A stretch of 64,000 bases of DNA from Myxococcales bacterium (lineage in GTDB: Bacteria > Myxococcota_A > Polyangia > Palsa-1104 > JAEUJZ01): assembly GCA_016794505.1 (NCBI GenBank), contig JAEUJZ010000049.1:136-64135 (forward strand), written 5' to 3'. A program made the translations under genes and the position numbers. Under the pieces are notes generated by a model. The model was not told where the DNA came from and searched no databases. It worked only from the letters and a program-made list of their open reading frames with translations. Within the stretch, counting starts at the first letter, position 1, and each line of letters opens with the position of its first letter. This document shows positions 31,914 to 41,855 of this stretch, in pieces.

Positions 31914-33335
31914 TCAGCGCAGGGCCAAGCGCAGCACGTGGGCTGCCGCGCGCAGCGGCGCATCAAGGCGCAGTCGTTCCTGCACATCGCTTGTGTGCAG
32001 AACGCGCGAGAGCTGCCGCTCGTACGTCCGTCCGTCGGGCACGCTCAACGCCACTTCGACATCCGGCACCAGCCCCTGACCTTCGATGACGTCACCGCGC
32101 GGCAACAGAAAGTGGCTGGCCGTGAACTTGTAAGCATAGCCATTCGGCAGCTCTTCCAAGCGCTGCACCGTGCCTTTGCCATAGGTTCGCGCACCGACGA
32201 GATGAGCACCGGCTCCATCATGCAGCGCTCCGGCCAAGAGCTCGGCACTCGACGCCGTCTCGCGATCGACCAAGAGCGCAAGCGGCCACTTCACCTTGTC
32301 TCCACTTTTCTGCGCGGCGATGGTCTCGATCTGACCGCCGCGGTGGCGCAGCTTGGTGACCGGCGTGCCCTTGGGCAGGAACAGCTCGGCAGTCGCGATG
32401 GCTTTTTCAAAAAGCCCTCCTTGGTTGCCGCGCAGATCGACCACCAGCGCCCGCGTCTGTTTCTGTGCCAGCTCGCGCAGCGCTTGCTCGATCGCGGCCG
32501 GCGTTCCTTCGGTGAACTGACGGATAAACAGATAGCCAATTCCGTCGGGAAAAACGATCGGCTGCACCAGATCGTAGGCAACGCGCTCGCGGCGAATGGA
32601 AAGCGTCAGCACGTCCGCGCCACGCAGGGCCGTCAAGCTCACCACTTCCCCTGGCTTGCCGCGCAGGTCGCCCACGACATCGCGCAGGCTCTTGCCCTTG
32701 TACAGCTTGCCGCCGACGGTGAGGATCTTGTCGCCATCGCGCATGCCCGCTCGCTCGGCCGGCGATCCCGGAATGACTGCCAGAACATCCGAGATCCCGC
32801 TGTCTGCATCAAAGCGGATTTCGACGCCGATGCCGACGATGCTGCCCTGCATATCGGCCTGTAACTCGCGCAGCTCCTCTGGCGACATCAGCTTGTTCCA
32901 TGCGGCAAGCTGCGGTTCCAGAAGCTGCAACATGCCGGCGGTGGCAGCGCGGTACAGCTCTTCTTCTGTGAGGCCCGCGCGATAGTATTTGCTGCGCAGC
33001 GTGTCTTTGACAGCGCGGAACGCCTGCTCACCGCCGAGGAAAGGCACGCTAGACAGCGTCGCCAGATCGGTCGGCGACGGGGGCCCTGCGCTGCCTGTCG
33101 AAGCCAAAGACGAAGAGCCCGGTGCGCTGCTCGCAGGGTCGCTGGCCTGCTGTGCGCTGGGCGGTGGGGCGCTGGCTTTTGGCGCCTTGGCAGGCAGTCG
33201 CTGGCAGCCACTGCCGAAAAACAGCGCGCAGGATCCCAACAAGGCCGACAGCCAGCCAAGCGCGCTCGGCCGAGCTGGTTTGGTTCGCTGTATCCGTCGC
33301 TGCAGCGTCTGTGATCGAGGCGTTGAACGGTGCAT
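31914..33335 (-). CDS. carboxyl-terminal processing protease (S41 family, PDZ-containing)
   Basis: GNQGGL and TASSAELLAGAL...GTVQ motifs. Confidence 0.8.
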   Translation of the reverse strand: MHRSTPRSQTLQRRIQRTKPARPSALGWLSALLGSCALFFGSGCQRLPAKAPKASAPPPSAQQASDPASSAPGSSSLASTGSAGPPSPTDLATLSSVPFLGGEQAFRAVKDTLRSKYYRAGLTEEELYRAATAGMLQLLEPQLAAWNKLMSPEELRELQADMQGSIVGIGVEIRFDADSGISDVLAVIPGSPAERAGMRDGDKILTVGGKLYKGKSLRDVVGDLRGKPGEVVSLTALRGADVLTLSIRRERVAYDLVQPIVFPDGIGYLFIRQFTEGTPAAIEQALRELAQKQTRALVVDLRGNQGGLFEKAIATAELFLPKGTPVTKLRHRGGQIETIAAQKSGDKVKWPLALLVDRETASSAELLAGALHDGAGAHLVGARTYGKGTVQRLEELPNGYAYKFTASHFLLPRGDVIEGQGLVPDVEVALSVPDGRTYERQLSRVLHTSDVQERLRLDAPLRAAAHVLRLALR

Positions 33336-33349
33336 GATGTCCCCCTGGT

Positions 33350-33877
33350 TTAGTAGTAGGTGATGCTGATGGCTTGCATGCGGGCGCTGTCGAACTCGCA
33401 GCCGAGCGGTGTGCCGTCGGGCACGAGACGCACAGGCGTCGGCTCGGACGGCGCTGTGAACGTGGGCTCAGGCTGCGAGTGCTGCGTCTGGCCTTGTACC
33501 TGCAAAAGGACCAGGCTGCTGACCGCCGTGATCGCGATCGCACCGACGGCAGCGCGATACCGCGGCAGCGGCTGCGAGAGCCACGTCGAAAACGACTGCA
33601 CGATGTGGTGCATGCGAGATGCGCGTGGCTCGGGCAACTTGGCTGGCTCAGGTGGCAGCAGCCAGGCCTGGACATCCCGTCGCAGTCGAGCGTGGCAGCG
33701 CGCTGACGGCTGCTCGGCCATGGCCTCTGCGCTGTCGATATCCAGCTTGAGGTCGAAGTACGCCTGTGCGCACGCTCCGCAGCTTCGCAGGTGTTCGCGC
33801 AGCGCCTCTCGCGCGCCCTGAGTGCAGCTTGCAAAGTGAAATGACACCAGTTCGTCTTGAACGTCCGCGCACTGCAT
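33350..33877 (-). CDS. putative zinc-finger anti-sigma factor
   Basis: HxxxCxxC motif (HLRSCGAC); single TM; immediately downstream of the ECF sigma gene. Confidence 0.55.
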   Translation of the reverse strand: MQCADVQDELVSFHFASCTQGAREALREHLRSCGACAQAYFDLKLDIDSAEAMAEQPSARCHARLRRDVQAWLLPPEPAKLPEPRASRMHHIVQSFSTWLSQPLPRYRAAVGAIAITAVSSLVLLQVQGQTQHSQPEPTFTAPSEPTPVRLVPDGTPLGCEFDSARMQAISITYY

Positions 33878-33883
33878 GCGCAG

Positions 33884-34486
33884 CTACTCCTTCTTGGTTG
33901 TGTCGTCGCTGAGCTGCGCTTGCAGCCGCGACGTCATTTGGTTCATTCGCGACTTCACCGTGCCGAGCGGAAGCCCCAGCCGCGCGGCCATCTCTTCGTA
34001 CGAAAGACCTGCCGTGCGCAGGCGATAGATCTCGGAAAGCGGCGCTGGCAGAGCATCGACGGCGCGGCCTAGCTGTGCGGCTGTCTCGCTCTGGCTCAGG
34101 GCTTCGTCTGCGATGGCATGGTCGGACGCCGACAGCGATTCGGACGAAGCATGCGCCGCGCTGCGTCGGCGCTGGGTGCGCAAATGATTCAGCGCCGCGT
34201 TGCGTGCGATGCGGTACAGCCACGTCGCAAAGCTCGCGCGGTCCAGCGTGACCTGTCGGCTGCGCAGCACGCTCAGGAACGCTTCATGGAACAGATCTTC
34301 CGCATCGTGGTGGTTGTGAACCATGCGCACTAGAAAGCCGAAAAGCCGCAGCTCGTACCGACGATACAGAGCATCAAAGGCACGCAGATCGCCGGCCCAG
34401 ATGCGTTGGTACAGCACCTCGTCCGCTACATCGAAAGAAGGCTCATCTGCGGGGGCCGGCACGGCAGGTCTTGTGTGTACCAACAC
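33884..34486 (-). CDS. ECF (sigma-70 family) RNA polymerase sigma factor
   Basis: region 2 (DLFHEAFLSVL...YRIARNAALN) and region 4 HTH (LSYEEMAARLGLPLGTVKSRM). Confidence 0.85.
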   Translation of the reverse strand: MLVHTRPAVPAPADEPSFDVADEVLYQRIWAGDLRAFDALYRRYELRLFGFLVRMVHNHHDAEDLFHEAFLSVLRSRQVTLDRASFATWLYRIARNAALNHLRTQRRRSAAHASSESLSASDHAIADEALSQSETAAQLGRAVDALPAPLSEIYRLRTAGLSYEEMAARLGLPLGTVKSRMNQMTSRLQAQLSDDTTKKE

Positions 34487-34680
34487 CGCGGCCGGGGTTT
34501 TGTTCAGAAAAAATGCAGCTCACGCGTGGGCACCATCCGCAGTGACGAAACGCGGCGCTGTTACGCGACGAGCGCGCTGCGCCGATGGGTCACGATCCCC
34601 TAAAGAACGCGAGGCCGCGAGGCCGAGAGGCGAGTTTGCGGTGGAATGGGGTCGGAAATTTTGATGTAATTCAAATTACT

Positions 34681-36246
34681 ATGAAATTTCTTGCAAATAG
34701 CGCTGGCGGAGTGGCTCTGCTCCTTTGCATGAGTGCCGCGCTGGCTCCGGCTGCGCAGGCGCAGGTGCCCGCTGCGGCCCGAGGGCACTTTCAGCGGGGC
34801 AGCGAGCACTATCGCAAAGGTCAGTTCGACCAAGCTGTGCGTGAGTTTTCGGCTGCGTACGAGACGTATCCGTCGGCGCGTCTGATCTATGACGTGGCTC
34901 AGGCCGAGCGCAAGCAGGGCTTGCTGGCAGACGCGGCGCGTCACTATGAGCAGTTTCTGAAGCAAGAAAAAGCCATCACGCCTCTGACGCGCGGCGTGGT
35001 TCAAAGCTATCTGCAGCGACTGCGAGGCACTGCCGCGGGTCGTAAGCCTCCGGTTCCACCGCGCAACATGCCTGAGCTGTTTGATCCAGCGCTCGGTGCG
35101 CCGCTGGGTTCAGGGGCTGGCTCACCGTCGGCACAGCCTGCTTCTGCGCCAGCCAGTCCGCCTGTCGCGCCCCCGGCGATGCCGGCTGTGGCAGCAACCC
35201 CAAGTGGGCAGCCAGCTTCTTCTGCGGCGCCCGCACGCGTCGAGCAGAAGCCCGCGGTCGCAGCGGCAGCCCCCCCGCCAGCAGCACCTGCGTCCGCGGT
35301 TGCTTCTGCAGCTTCTGCAGCTTCTGCGTCCCCGGCTGCGCCGGCCGGGCCGACCCCGAGCTATGGCATTGTCAGGCTGCAGCAAGGCGCCCCTGCAGCG
35401 ACGGTAGCAGCACCCAGCAAGCCGATCAGTGGGCGCTGGCTGCCGGTGCCGGTCAATCCGTCATTCACTCTGCGTGATGTCGTTGTTCAAGGGGATGCTC
35501 TGTTTGCGGTGGGCGACGGAGGCGTCTTTTTTGTCGCGCTGCAGGATGGGATCTTTCGAGCGGTGCGCAGCGGCGTGAACAACTGGCTGTCGGGCGTGTG
35601 GGGCGTCGGCAACGAGCTCTTCATGACGGGCGACAGCGGCACCATTCTGCGTCGCTTTGGCGGTCGCATGAAGCCAGTGGTCAGCGGCACGACCAAGACT
35701 CTATTTGCCATCGGTGGCACGGCCAACGAATGGTTTGCCGTTGGCGAGGCGGGTGTGGCAGTGCGCTGGAATGGCAGCGGTTTTTCACCCGTGCCCACGG
35801 GAACGCGGCAGCCCCTTTTCGCCGTGCAGGCCCTCGACGGCGAAGTCTTTGCGAGCGGCGGTGGCGGTCTGATCCTGCGCTGGAACGGCGCCGCCTTTGT
35901 GCCGATGGAGAGCGGCACGTCAAGCTGGCTGCATGCGATGTGGGGGACTTCGCGCAGCGACGTCTTTGCGGTGGGCGCGCGTGGCACGATCCTGCACTTC
36001 GATGGGCGCGCATGGACCCAGCAGGCCAGCGGCACGAACGAGACGCTCTTGGCCATCTGGGGAACGGCAGCCGATCGCGTGGTAGCCGTCGGATCGCGCG
36101 GCACGATCCTGCACTATCACGGCGGCAGCTGGCGACCGGCCAAGAGCGGCACGCAGGCCAGCCTGTTTGGGGTCGTGGGTCGCGATGTGGACACGATCTA
36201 TGCCGTGGGCGACGCGGGCACGGTGCTGCGCCTGCAGCCCGAATAG
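34681..36246 (+). CDS. secreted Ycf48-like/BNR-type beta-propeller repeat protein with Ala/Pro-rich linker
   Basis: signal peptide; repeated W..G....V.AVG..GTIL..DG..W blades. Confidence 0.65.
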   Translation: MKFLANSAGGVALLLCMSAALAPAAQAQVPAAARGHFQRGSEHYRKGQFDQAVREFSAAYETYPSARLIYDVAQAERKQGLLADAARHYEQFLKQEKAITPLTRGVVQSYLQRLRGTAAGRKPPVPPRNMPELFDPALGAPLGSGAGSPSAQPASAPASPPVAPPAMPAVAATPSGQPASSAAPARVEQKPAVAAAAPPPAAPASAVASAASAASASPAAPAGPTPSYGIVRLQQGAPAATVAAPSKPISGRWLPVPVNPSFTLRDVVVQGDALFAVGDGGVFFVALQDGIFRAVRSGVNNWLSGVWGVGNELFMTGDSGTILRRFGGRMKPVVSGTTKTLFAIGGTANEWFAVGEAGVAVRWNGSGFSPVPTGTRQPLFAVQALDGEVFASGGGGLILRWNGAAFVPMESGTSSWLHAMWGTSRSDVFAVGARGTILHFDGRAWTQQASGTNETLLAIWGTAADRVVAVGSRGTILHYHGGSWRPAKSGTQASLFGVVGRDVDTIYAVGDAGTVLRLQPE

Positions 36247-36453
36247 GATCCGGTGCAGCCCGCGCATGGTCTCGTCTTGTGGCGTGCGTGCGCTGCGATT
36301 CAGGCGTGTTTCCTGCTTGCGTGTCTGTCGCTGACGACGTAGCTATAGGCCACGAAACGGTATGGACGGCCACTTCGTGAACGATCCGCTGGCTGCTTTG
36401 CTGCGGCGAGTGGGCTGCGACATGGCTGGCCAGCCCTCTTACAAGGACGCCTC

Positions 36454-36744
36454 ATGGAGCCGCTGGAACGAGAAGAAGACATCACCGCCAGGCAGTGCTT
36501 GGCGGCGCGTACGCTGTTGGGCTGGTCGCAGGCTCGACTCGCTGAGCTAGCCGGGGTGCCGCTGCGCAGCGTGCGCGCGTTTGAAGACTTGGTCGCGCAG
36601 CCTCTTGAGAAAGAAATCGTCGCCCTTCGATTGGCTCTTGAAGCAGGTGGCATCGTATTCAGCGCGGGTCCGCAAGGCAGCGAAGGAGCGCGCCTGCGAC
36701 GCTCAGACGAGCCGGCTCGGCCGCCCCATGTCACCTTGCACTAG
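36454..36744 (+). CDS. small HTH (XRE-like) DNA-binding protein
   Basis: ARTLLGWSQARLAELAGVPLRSVRAFE helix-turn-helix. Confidence 0.4.
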   Translation: MEPLEREEDITARQCLAARTLLGWSQARLAELAGVPLRSVRAFEDLVAQPLEKEIVALRLALEAGGIVFSAGPQGSEGARLRRSDEPARPPHVTLH

Positions 36745-36945
36745 GCGCGTTCATCCTGGGCAAGGGATGCTGGAATCGGTCGCGTAACGCCAGCCAGCTA
36801 TAGGTCGCCGACTTCCTTATCATCCCGTGGTTATCCCTCGATCATCGCGCGGCGCTCGTCTGGGACATTTGTCGATGGAGCCGCTGGCTGATCTCGTCTT
36901 TTGCCAACCCCGCGAACACAGAGCCCTTTTCCGCCCAGCCACATA

Positions 36946-36964
36946 GAACTGGCAATTTTCTGCC
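36946..36964. repeat. att-like junction 4 (gaactggcaattttctgcc), 19-bp direct repeat of 8382-8400; right boundary of inserted DNA
   Basis: exact 19/19 match; the ABC reading frame resumes immediately (NWQFSAVIF...). Confidence 0.6.
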
Positions 36965-38218
36965 GTCATCTTTTTGGCGCTGCTGCCGGCGGCGTTTGGG
37001 CTGAGCATGCTGCTGCGCAAGGTGAGCCGGCGGTCGCGTCGGGCTCGGCGGCGCCAAGCTGAAAACTTCACGGCGCTGGAACAGATCGCGAGCGGCATCA
37101 AGGTGATCAAAGCCATGGGCTCGGCCGCGGCCGAGCGGGCGCGTTATGAGCGGACCAACAGCGCTCTTTACGCCGCCAAGATGAAGATCGCGCTCGCCCG
37201 TGCCGAGAGTGATGCGCTGATTGGAGGCCTGTCGTTTGCTCTGATCGGCGTTGTGGTGCTGGGCAGCGCGGCAGCGATTGCACATGCGCGGATGGATAGC
37301 TCTAGCGTGCTCACGTTCATCACCGCGCTGATTCGTCTGACGACGTTGATGAAGACCGGCACCAAGGCCTATGGCGAGATCCAGGAAAATCTGCCAGCGG
37401 CCGCGCGCTTGTTCGCCGTGCTGAACCAAGAGAGCCGCATCACCGATCGCGCCGGAGCCCCTCCATGTCCGCGACCCCAGCAGGCGATCCAACTTCACAA
37501 CGTGCGCTTCGGCTATGGCGTCGGTGCGGAAGTCCTGCGTGGGGTCAACTTGACGCTGCCGGTGGGCAAGATCGTGGCTCTGGTGGGCGAGTCGGGATCG
37601 GGAAAGTCCACGCTCATCGATCTGATCTTGCGCTTTCGTGATGTCACAGGCGGCTGTATCAGCGTCGACGGTGTCGACATTCGCAGCGTGCAACAGGCCA
37701 GCTTGGTGCAGCACTGTGCCTTGGTCTCGCAGGACCTGTTTCTGTTCAACGACACGATCGAAAACAACATCCGCTATGGCCGGCCGGATGCGACAGCCGC
37801 CGAAGTCGAGGAAGCAGCACGACGCGCCCACATCCACGACACCATCTTGAAGCTGCCCGGCGGGCAGGGATATCAGACAGTGGTCGGGGATCGCGGCGAT
37901 CGCCTGTCAGGAGGCCAGCGGCAGCGCATCGCGATTGCCCGTGCCCTATTGCGCAATGCTCCGGTGCTGCTGCTCGATGAGCCGACGAGTGCGCTAGATG
38001 CCGAGAGCGAACATCATGTGCAAGCCGCGCTGCGCGAGCTTATGCGCGGGCGTACCTGCTTGGTGATTGCGCATCGCCTGAGCACGGTGCAGCACGCCGA
38101 CTGCATCTGCGTCCTGAGCCGCGAGACGGGAAACGTCGTCGAGACTGGCACCCATCAAGAGCTGCTCTCACGCGGCGGTGAGTACGCGCGCTTGGTCCAG
38201 ATGCAGCAGCTTGGCTGA
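36950..38218 (+). pseudogene. 3' portion of the same MsbA-like ABC exporter (TM4-TM6 plus nucleotide-binding domain)
   Basis: an in-frame stop at 36944-36946 precedes NWQFSAVIFLALLPAAFG; Walker A GESGSGKST, signature LSGGQRQR, Walker B LLLDEPTSALD; with 1-421 it forms a continuous ABC protein. Confidence 0.7.
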
Positions 38219-38723
38219 TGTATGCAGCGAGCCGGTGCATGTGTGCAGCCGACGTCCTTCACCCGTGCGACCACTATTTGCTTGACGCTGCCGCAGCCGA
38301 CCGCGCAATATCTCAGTCTCTGAGTGGTTGAAGGCTGCGATTCTCGTCGTTGAGTTCGCTTGATTCAGGTTCTTGTTTTCCTGCCGATGGCATAGCGAAC
38401 ACGCCCCAGAATGACTGCCGGAAGTACGAAACGCGACCGCCTAGATGACCGATTCCTGACCGACTTCTGACCGATAGAGAGCCGAGATACGTGCGGCTCC
38501 AAGCTGTGGCAAAACGACGCAGACGCGATGCTTGTTCAACTGTCCTTTTCGGAGCTGACTTTGGCTCCGCCCTCTTGCTGCCCTGGGTTCGCGACGATCA
38601 CGGCGACCCGCATCGGCAGCGTATGCCTGACGAAGCTCTGCCGACCGAACTCGCTCTTTGGCAGAGTGGCCACGCACCGGCACCGCCGTTCGACTGCCGG
38701 TCCCTGCAACTGAGGAACGTACG

Positions 38724-39131
38724 ATGACCATGAAGCTGTATGTTGGCAACCTGCCCTATTCAACCACCAGCCCCGATCTGGAACGCCTCTTCACTCCCTA
38801 TGGCGCGGTGACTAGCGCTCAGGTGATCGAGGATCGCCTAACTGGCAAGAGCAAGGGCTTTGGCTTTGTCGAGATGACCGCATCGGAAGATGGCCAGAAG
38901 GCGATTGCGGCGCTCAATGGCAAGCAGTTCGAGGGCCGTACGCTGACGGTCAATGAGGCACGTCCTCGCGAAGATCGCGGCGGTGGCGGCGGTGGCGGTG
39001 GCCGTGGTTTTGGCGGCGGTGATCGTGACTTCGGCGGTGGCGGCGGCCGTGGTGGCCGTGGTGGCCGCGGTGGTGGCGGTGGCGGTCGCGGTGGCTTCGG
39101 CGGCGGTGGCCGCGGCGGCGATCGCTACTAG
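38724..39131 (+). CDS. RRM-type RNA-binding protein with Gly/Arg-rich C-terminal tail
   Basis: RNP2 LYVGNL and RNP1 KGFGFVEM; GGGRGG repeats; about 500-nt upstream leader. Confidence 0.85.
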   Translation: MTMKLYVGNLPYSTTSPDLERLFTPYGAVTSAQVIEDRLTGKSKGFGFVEMTASEDGQKAIAALNGKQFEGRTLTVNEARPREDRGGGGGGGGRGFGGGDRDFGGGGGRGGRGGRGGGGGGRGGFGGGGRGGDRY

Positions 39132-39222
39132 TTCTGCGGCCCGCTCTACACAGCGAATAAGAGCACCGCTGGATCGATCTCTCGGTCCACGGCTGCTCTT
39201 TTTTTTTGTCTGCCTGGCGACC

Positions 39223-40488
39223 CTACTTCCCGCGTCCTTCCACGATAAAGCAGACACTGGTGCTGGCGCTGCCGCCGATGTTGAGCGTTGCGACGCGGCG
39301 TGCGTGTGCAACTTGCAGCTCGCCGGCTTGCCCGCGCACTTGCCGCACAGCGTCGAGCACCATGCGCACGCCGGTTGCACCGACGGGATGGCCACCACCC
39401 AGCAGGCCTCCGCTGGGGTTCACGGGCGTCCGTCCGCCAAAGAACACGCGCCCGTCTTCGATGGCCTGCATCGGCCAGCCCGGCGGTCCAAAGCCGAAGT
39501 GATCGAGGATCATGTACTCCATCACCGTGAAGCAGTCGTGACACTCGATTGCGTCGAGCTCTTCCACGCCACGCAAGCCGGCGCGAGCAAACGCATCCGT
39601 GATCGTGCCCCGCACGTGCGGGAACATGTACGGCTCGTTGGCGCTGTCGTGCAGCTTGCTGGTCAGGCGCATGCGCGCCGTGCGATGACCAAAGCCACTG
39701 ATGCGGGGCAGTGCATCCAGCGGAACACCGCGCTTGCGCGCAAACGGAGCGGCAAAGGGCGCAGTCGCCAAGACCAGCGCCACCGCTCCGTCGGTCACGG
39801 GGCAGCAGTCATAGCGTCGCAACCGTCCGTGGATCACTGGGTTTAGCTGATCGTCGAACGAAAAATGGCGGTCATCTAGCTTCCAGCCGCGGCCTTGGGC
39901 GCGGGGGTTTTTGCGGGCGCAGGCAAAGTTGTTGCGGGCGATGGCGCGCAGGTGCAGCGGATCCAGGCCGTAGCGTCGCGCATATTCATCCCCGACATCG
40001 GACAAGAGCTTGGGCCAGTGATAGGTGATCCCGGTTGTCTCTTCGGGAACCAAGGCCGCGCAGCCCAGAAGCGCTTGAGCTTCGACGGCGTTCTTGTTGC
40101 GCATGATCTCTAGACCAAGCACCAAGGCGACGTCATAGCGGCCGCTCTGCAGATCCGCCATCGCCGCCAAGGTGGCCACACTGCCCGAGGCACAAGCCGC
40201 CTCATGTCGGCTGGTCGGCAGGCCAGAAAAGCGCGGCTCGGCTTCTAGCAGCAAGGCGCCCAAGTGCCCTTGCTGGCAGGCTAGCTCTCCGACGAAGTTG
40301 GCGACGTGTGCGACTTGGATATCGCTGGGTTCTAGCTGCGCATCGGTCAGCGCACCTTGCGAGGCTTCTTGCAGAAGATCCGTAAGCCCCTTGCCTTCGC
40401 GCGTAATGTGGCGGGCGAAGTCCGATTGATACCCCCCCAAGACATAGACCGGAGGCAGCGACTGCAGACTTTGCATGATGACGCTCAC
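39223..40488 (-). CDS. thiolase-like protein (acetyl-CoA acetyltransferase / SCP-x thiolase family)
   Basis: thiolase fold with active-site Cys region EAACASGS and C-terminal GGGHPVGATG. Confidence 0.65.
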   Translation of the reverse strand: MSVIMQSLQSLPPVYVLGGYQSDFARHITREGKGLTDLLQEASQGALTDAQLEPSDIQVAHVANFVGELACQQGHLGALLLEAEPRFSGLPTSRHEAACASGSVATLAAMADLQSGRYDVALVLGLEIMRNKNAVEAQALLGCAALVPEETTGITYHWPKLLSDVGDEYARRYGLDPLHLRAIARNNFACARKNPRAQGRGWKLDDRHFSFDDQLNPVIHGRLRRYDCCPVTDGAVALVLATAPFAAPFARKRGVPLDALPRISGFGHRTARMRLTSKLHDSANEPYMFPHVRGTITDAFARAGLRGVEELDAIECHDCFTVMEYMILDHFGFGPPGWPMQAIEDGRVFFGGRTPVNPSGGLLGGGHPVGATGVRMVLDAVRQVRGQAGELQVAHARRVATLNIGGSASTSVCFIVEGRGK

Positions 40489-40522
40489 TCTAAGCCAAGG
40501 ACCTCCATGATACGATGAAAGA

Positions 40523-41311
40523 ATGCAGAACTCTGATATTGCGACCCTTAGTTCTCCACGTGATCCTCTTCACTCTTCCTCTCGGCCGCAGGCTTGGTCT
40601 TCGCGTATTCGTCGCTGGGCTTGTGGGCTTATGCTTTCGCTGGGTCTAGTCGGATCGAGTGGCTGCGGCACCCTGGGCACGACGGAAATGAACATCAACT
40701 TGGCCGAGCAGACCATCAACTACGACTTGATGAACAGCTTCCCGCTGACGATTCCGCCGATCCAGTGCCCCAATGACGCGCCCTGCATCGATCTAGTGCG
40801 CAACACGCTGCGCATCATCGATGGCCGCGTCACGCCGAAGTGCGACTTGACCAAGATGCAGTGCGTTGCCGATGTCTTCGTCGGTGTAGTCGTCATCATC
40901 GACTTCTCGCAAGACATGGCATTTACCTCCGGCCTCGCGCAGAGCTCTGCCGATGCCGTGCGCGATATGACGCTTAACTACGCGTTCACCAACAACACCA
41001 ACTTCCAGATCGACAAGCTCGATATCTATGTCGGGCCGGATCGCCTCGTGAACTCACGCGATCCGCGTGCGGTGTATCTCGACTGGATTGGCCCTATCCC
41101 CAAGGGCGCAGTCTATACACAAGAGCAGAAGCCGCTGGTCATTGTCGATCAGACTCCGCCGCATGCCGTCATGGTTGAAGCCATTCGCAACCCCGCGGTG
41201 CCGCTCAACTTCCTGGTGCAGTCGTACGTGCATTTGAAGGCTGGAGATCAGCTACCCGCGGGGGGCTTCTCACTCAAGCTGACGCCGCAGGTGCGTTTTC
41301 TGAAGCGCTAG
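40523..41311 (+). CDS. hypothetical secreted protein/lipoprotein
   Basis: hydrophobic signal region ending SGCG. Confidence 0.4.
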   Translation: MQNSDIATLSSPRDPLHSSSRPQAWSSRIRRWACGLMLSLGLVGSSGCGTLGTTEMNINLAEQTINYDLMNSFPLTIPPIQCPNDAPCIDLVRNTLRIIDGRVTPKCDLTKMQCVADVFVGVVVIIDFSQDMAFTSGLAQSSADAVRDMTLNYAFTNNTNFQIDKLDIYVGPDRLVNSRDPRAVYLDWIGPIPKGAVYTQEQKPLVIVDQTPPHAVMVEAIRNPAVPLNFLVQSYVHLKAGDQLPAGGFSLKLTPQVRFLKR

Positions 41312-41800
41312 GTGCCGCCCATGCCTTCTCTGCTCGATGTCGCTGAGCGCTTCTTTGTCGACGAGAACTGGGAATGCAGCCGCCTGGATGCCCGCGGCAT
41401 CTTGCGCATGGGTTTTACTGGCGACCAGGGTAACTGGATGTGCTTCGTGCAGGCTCGCGAGGCGCAGCGTCAGATCGCGTTTTATTCCGTCTGTCCGCTG
41501 CGTGTGCCCGCCGCCAAGCGGCCGTTGGTGGCGGAGTTTTTGACGCGCGCCAACTATGGCTTGGTGATCGGCAACTTCGAGCAGGACTGGGATGATGGCG
41601 AGGTGCGCTACAAGACCAGCCTAGATGTCGAAGACTGCGAGCTAAGCGCGATGCTGTTTGCGCACATCGTCTTTGCCAACGTCACCGCGATGGATCGCTA
41701 TCTGCCCGGCCTCGTCGCGGTCATCGCGGGAAGCCAGACCCCCAGCGAAGCCGTGGCTGCCGTCGAAGCGTCGCGCGAGCCAGACCTAAGCAAGTCGTAG
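41312..41800 (+). CDS. YbjN-like (putative sensory transduction regulator / T3SS-chaperone-like) protein
   Basis: size and overall pattern of YbjN-domain proteins; adjacent to the preceding gene. Confidence 0.4.
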   Translation: MPPMPSLLDVAERFFVDENWECSRLDARGILRMGFTGDQGNWMCFVQAREAQRQIAFYSVCPLRVPAAKRPLVAEFLTRANYGLVIGNFEQDWDDGEVRYKTSLDVEDCELSAMLFAHIVFANVTAMDRYLPGLVAVIAGSQTPSEAVAAVEASREPDLSKS

Positions 41801-41855
41801 TGATGCCCAACACTGCCTGCGCGCTTGCGCTCGCGATCCGCTTCATCTTCGCTGG

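Noticed and set aside
33049-33834. 261-aa minus-strand ORF overlapping the CtpA and anti-sigma genes
   Set aside because: It is out of frame with two well-supported genes, Arg/Ala/Ser-rich, and a typical spurious ORF of 70% GC DNA.
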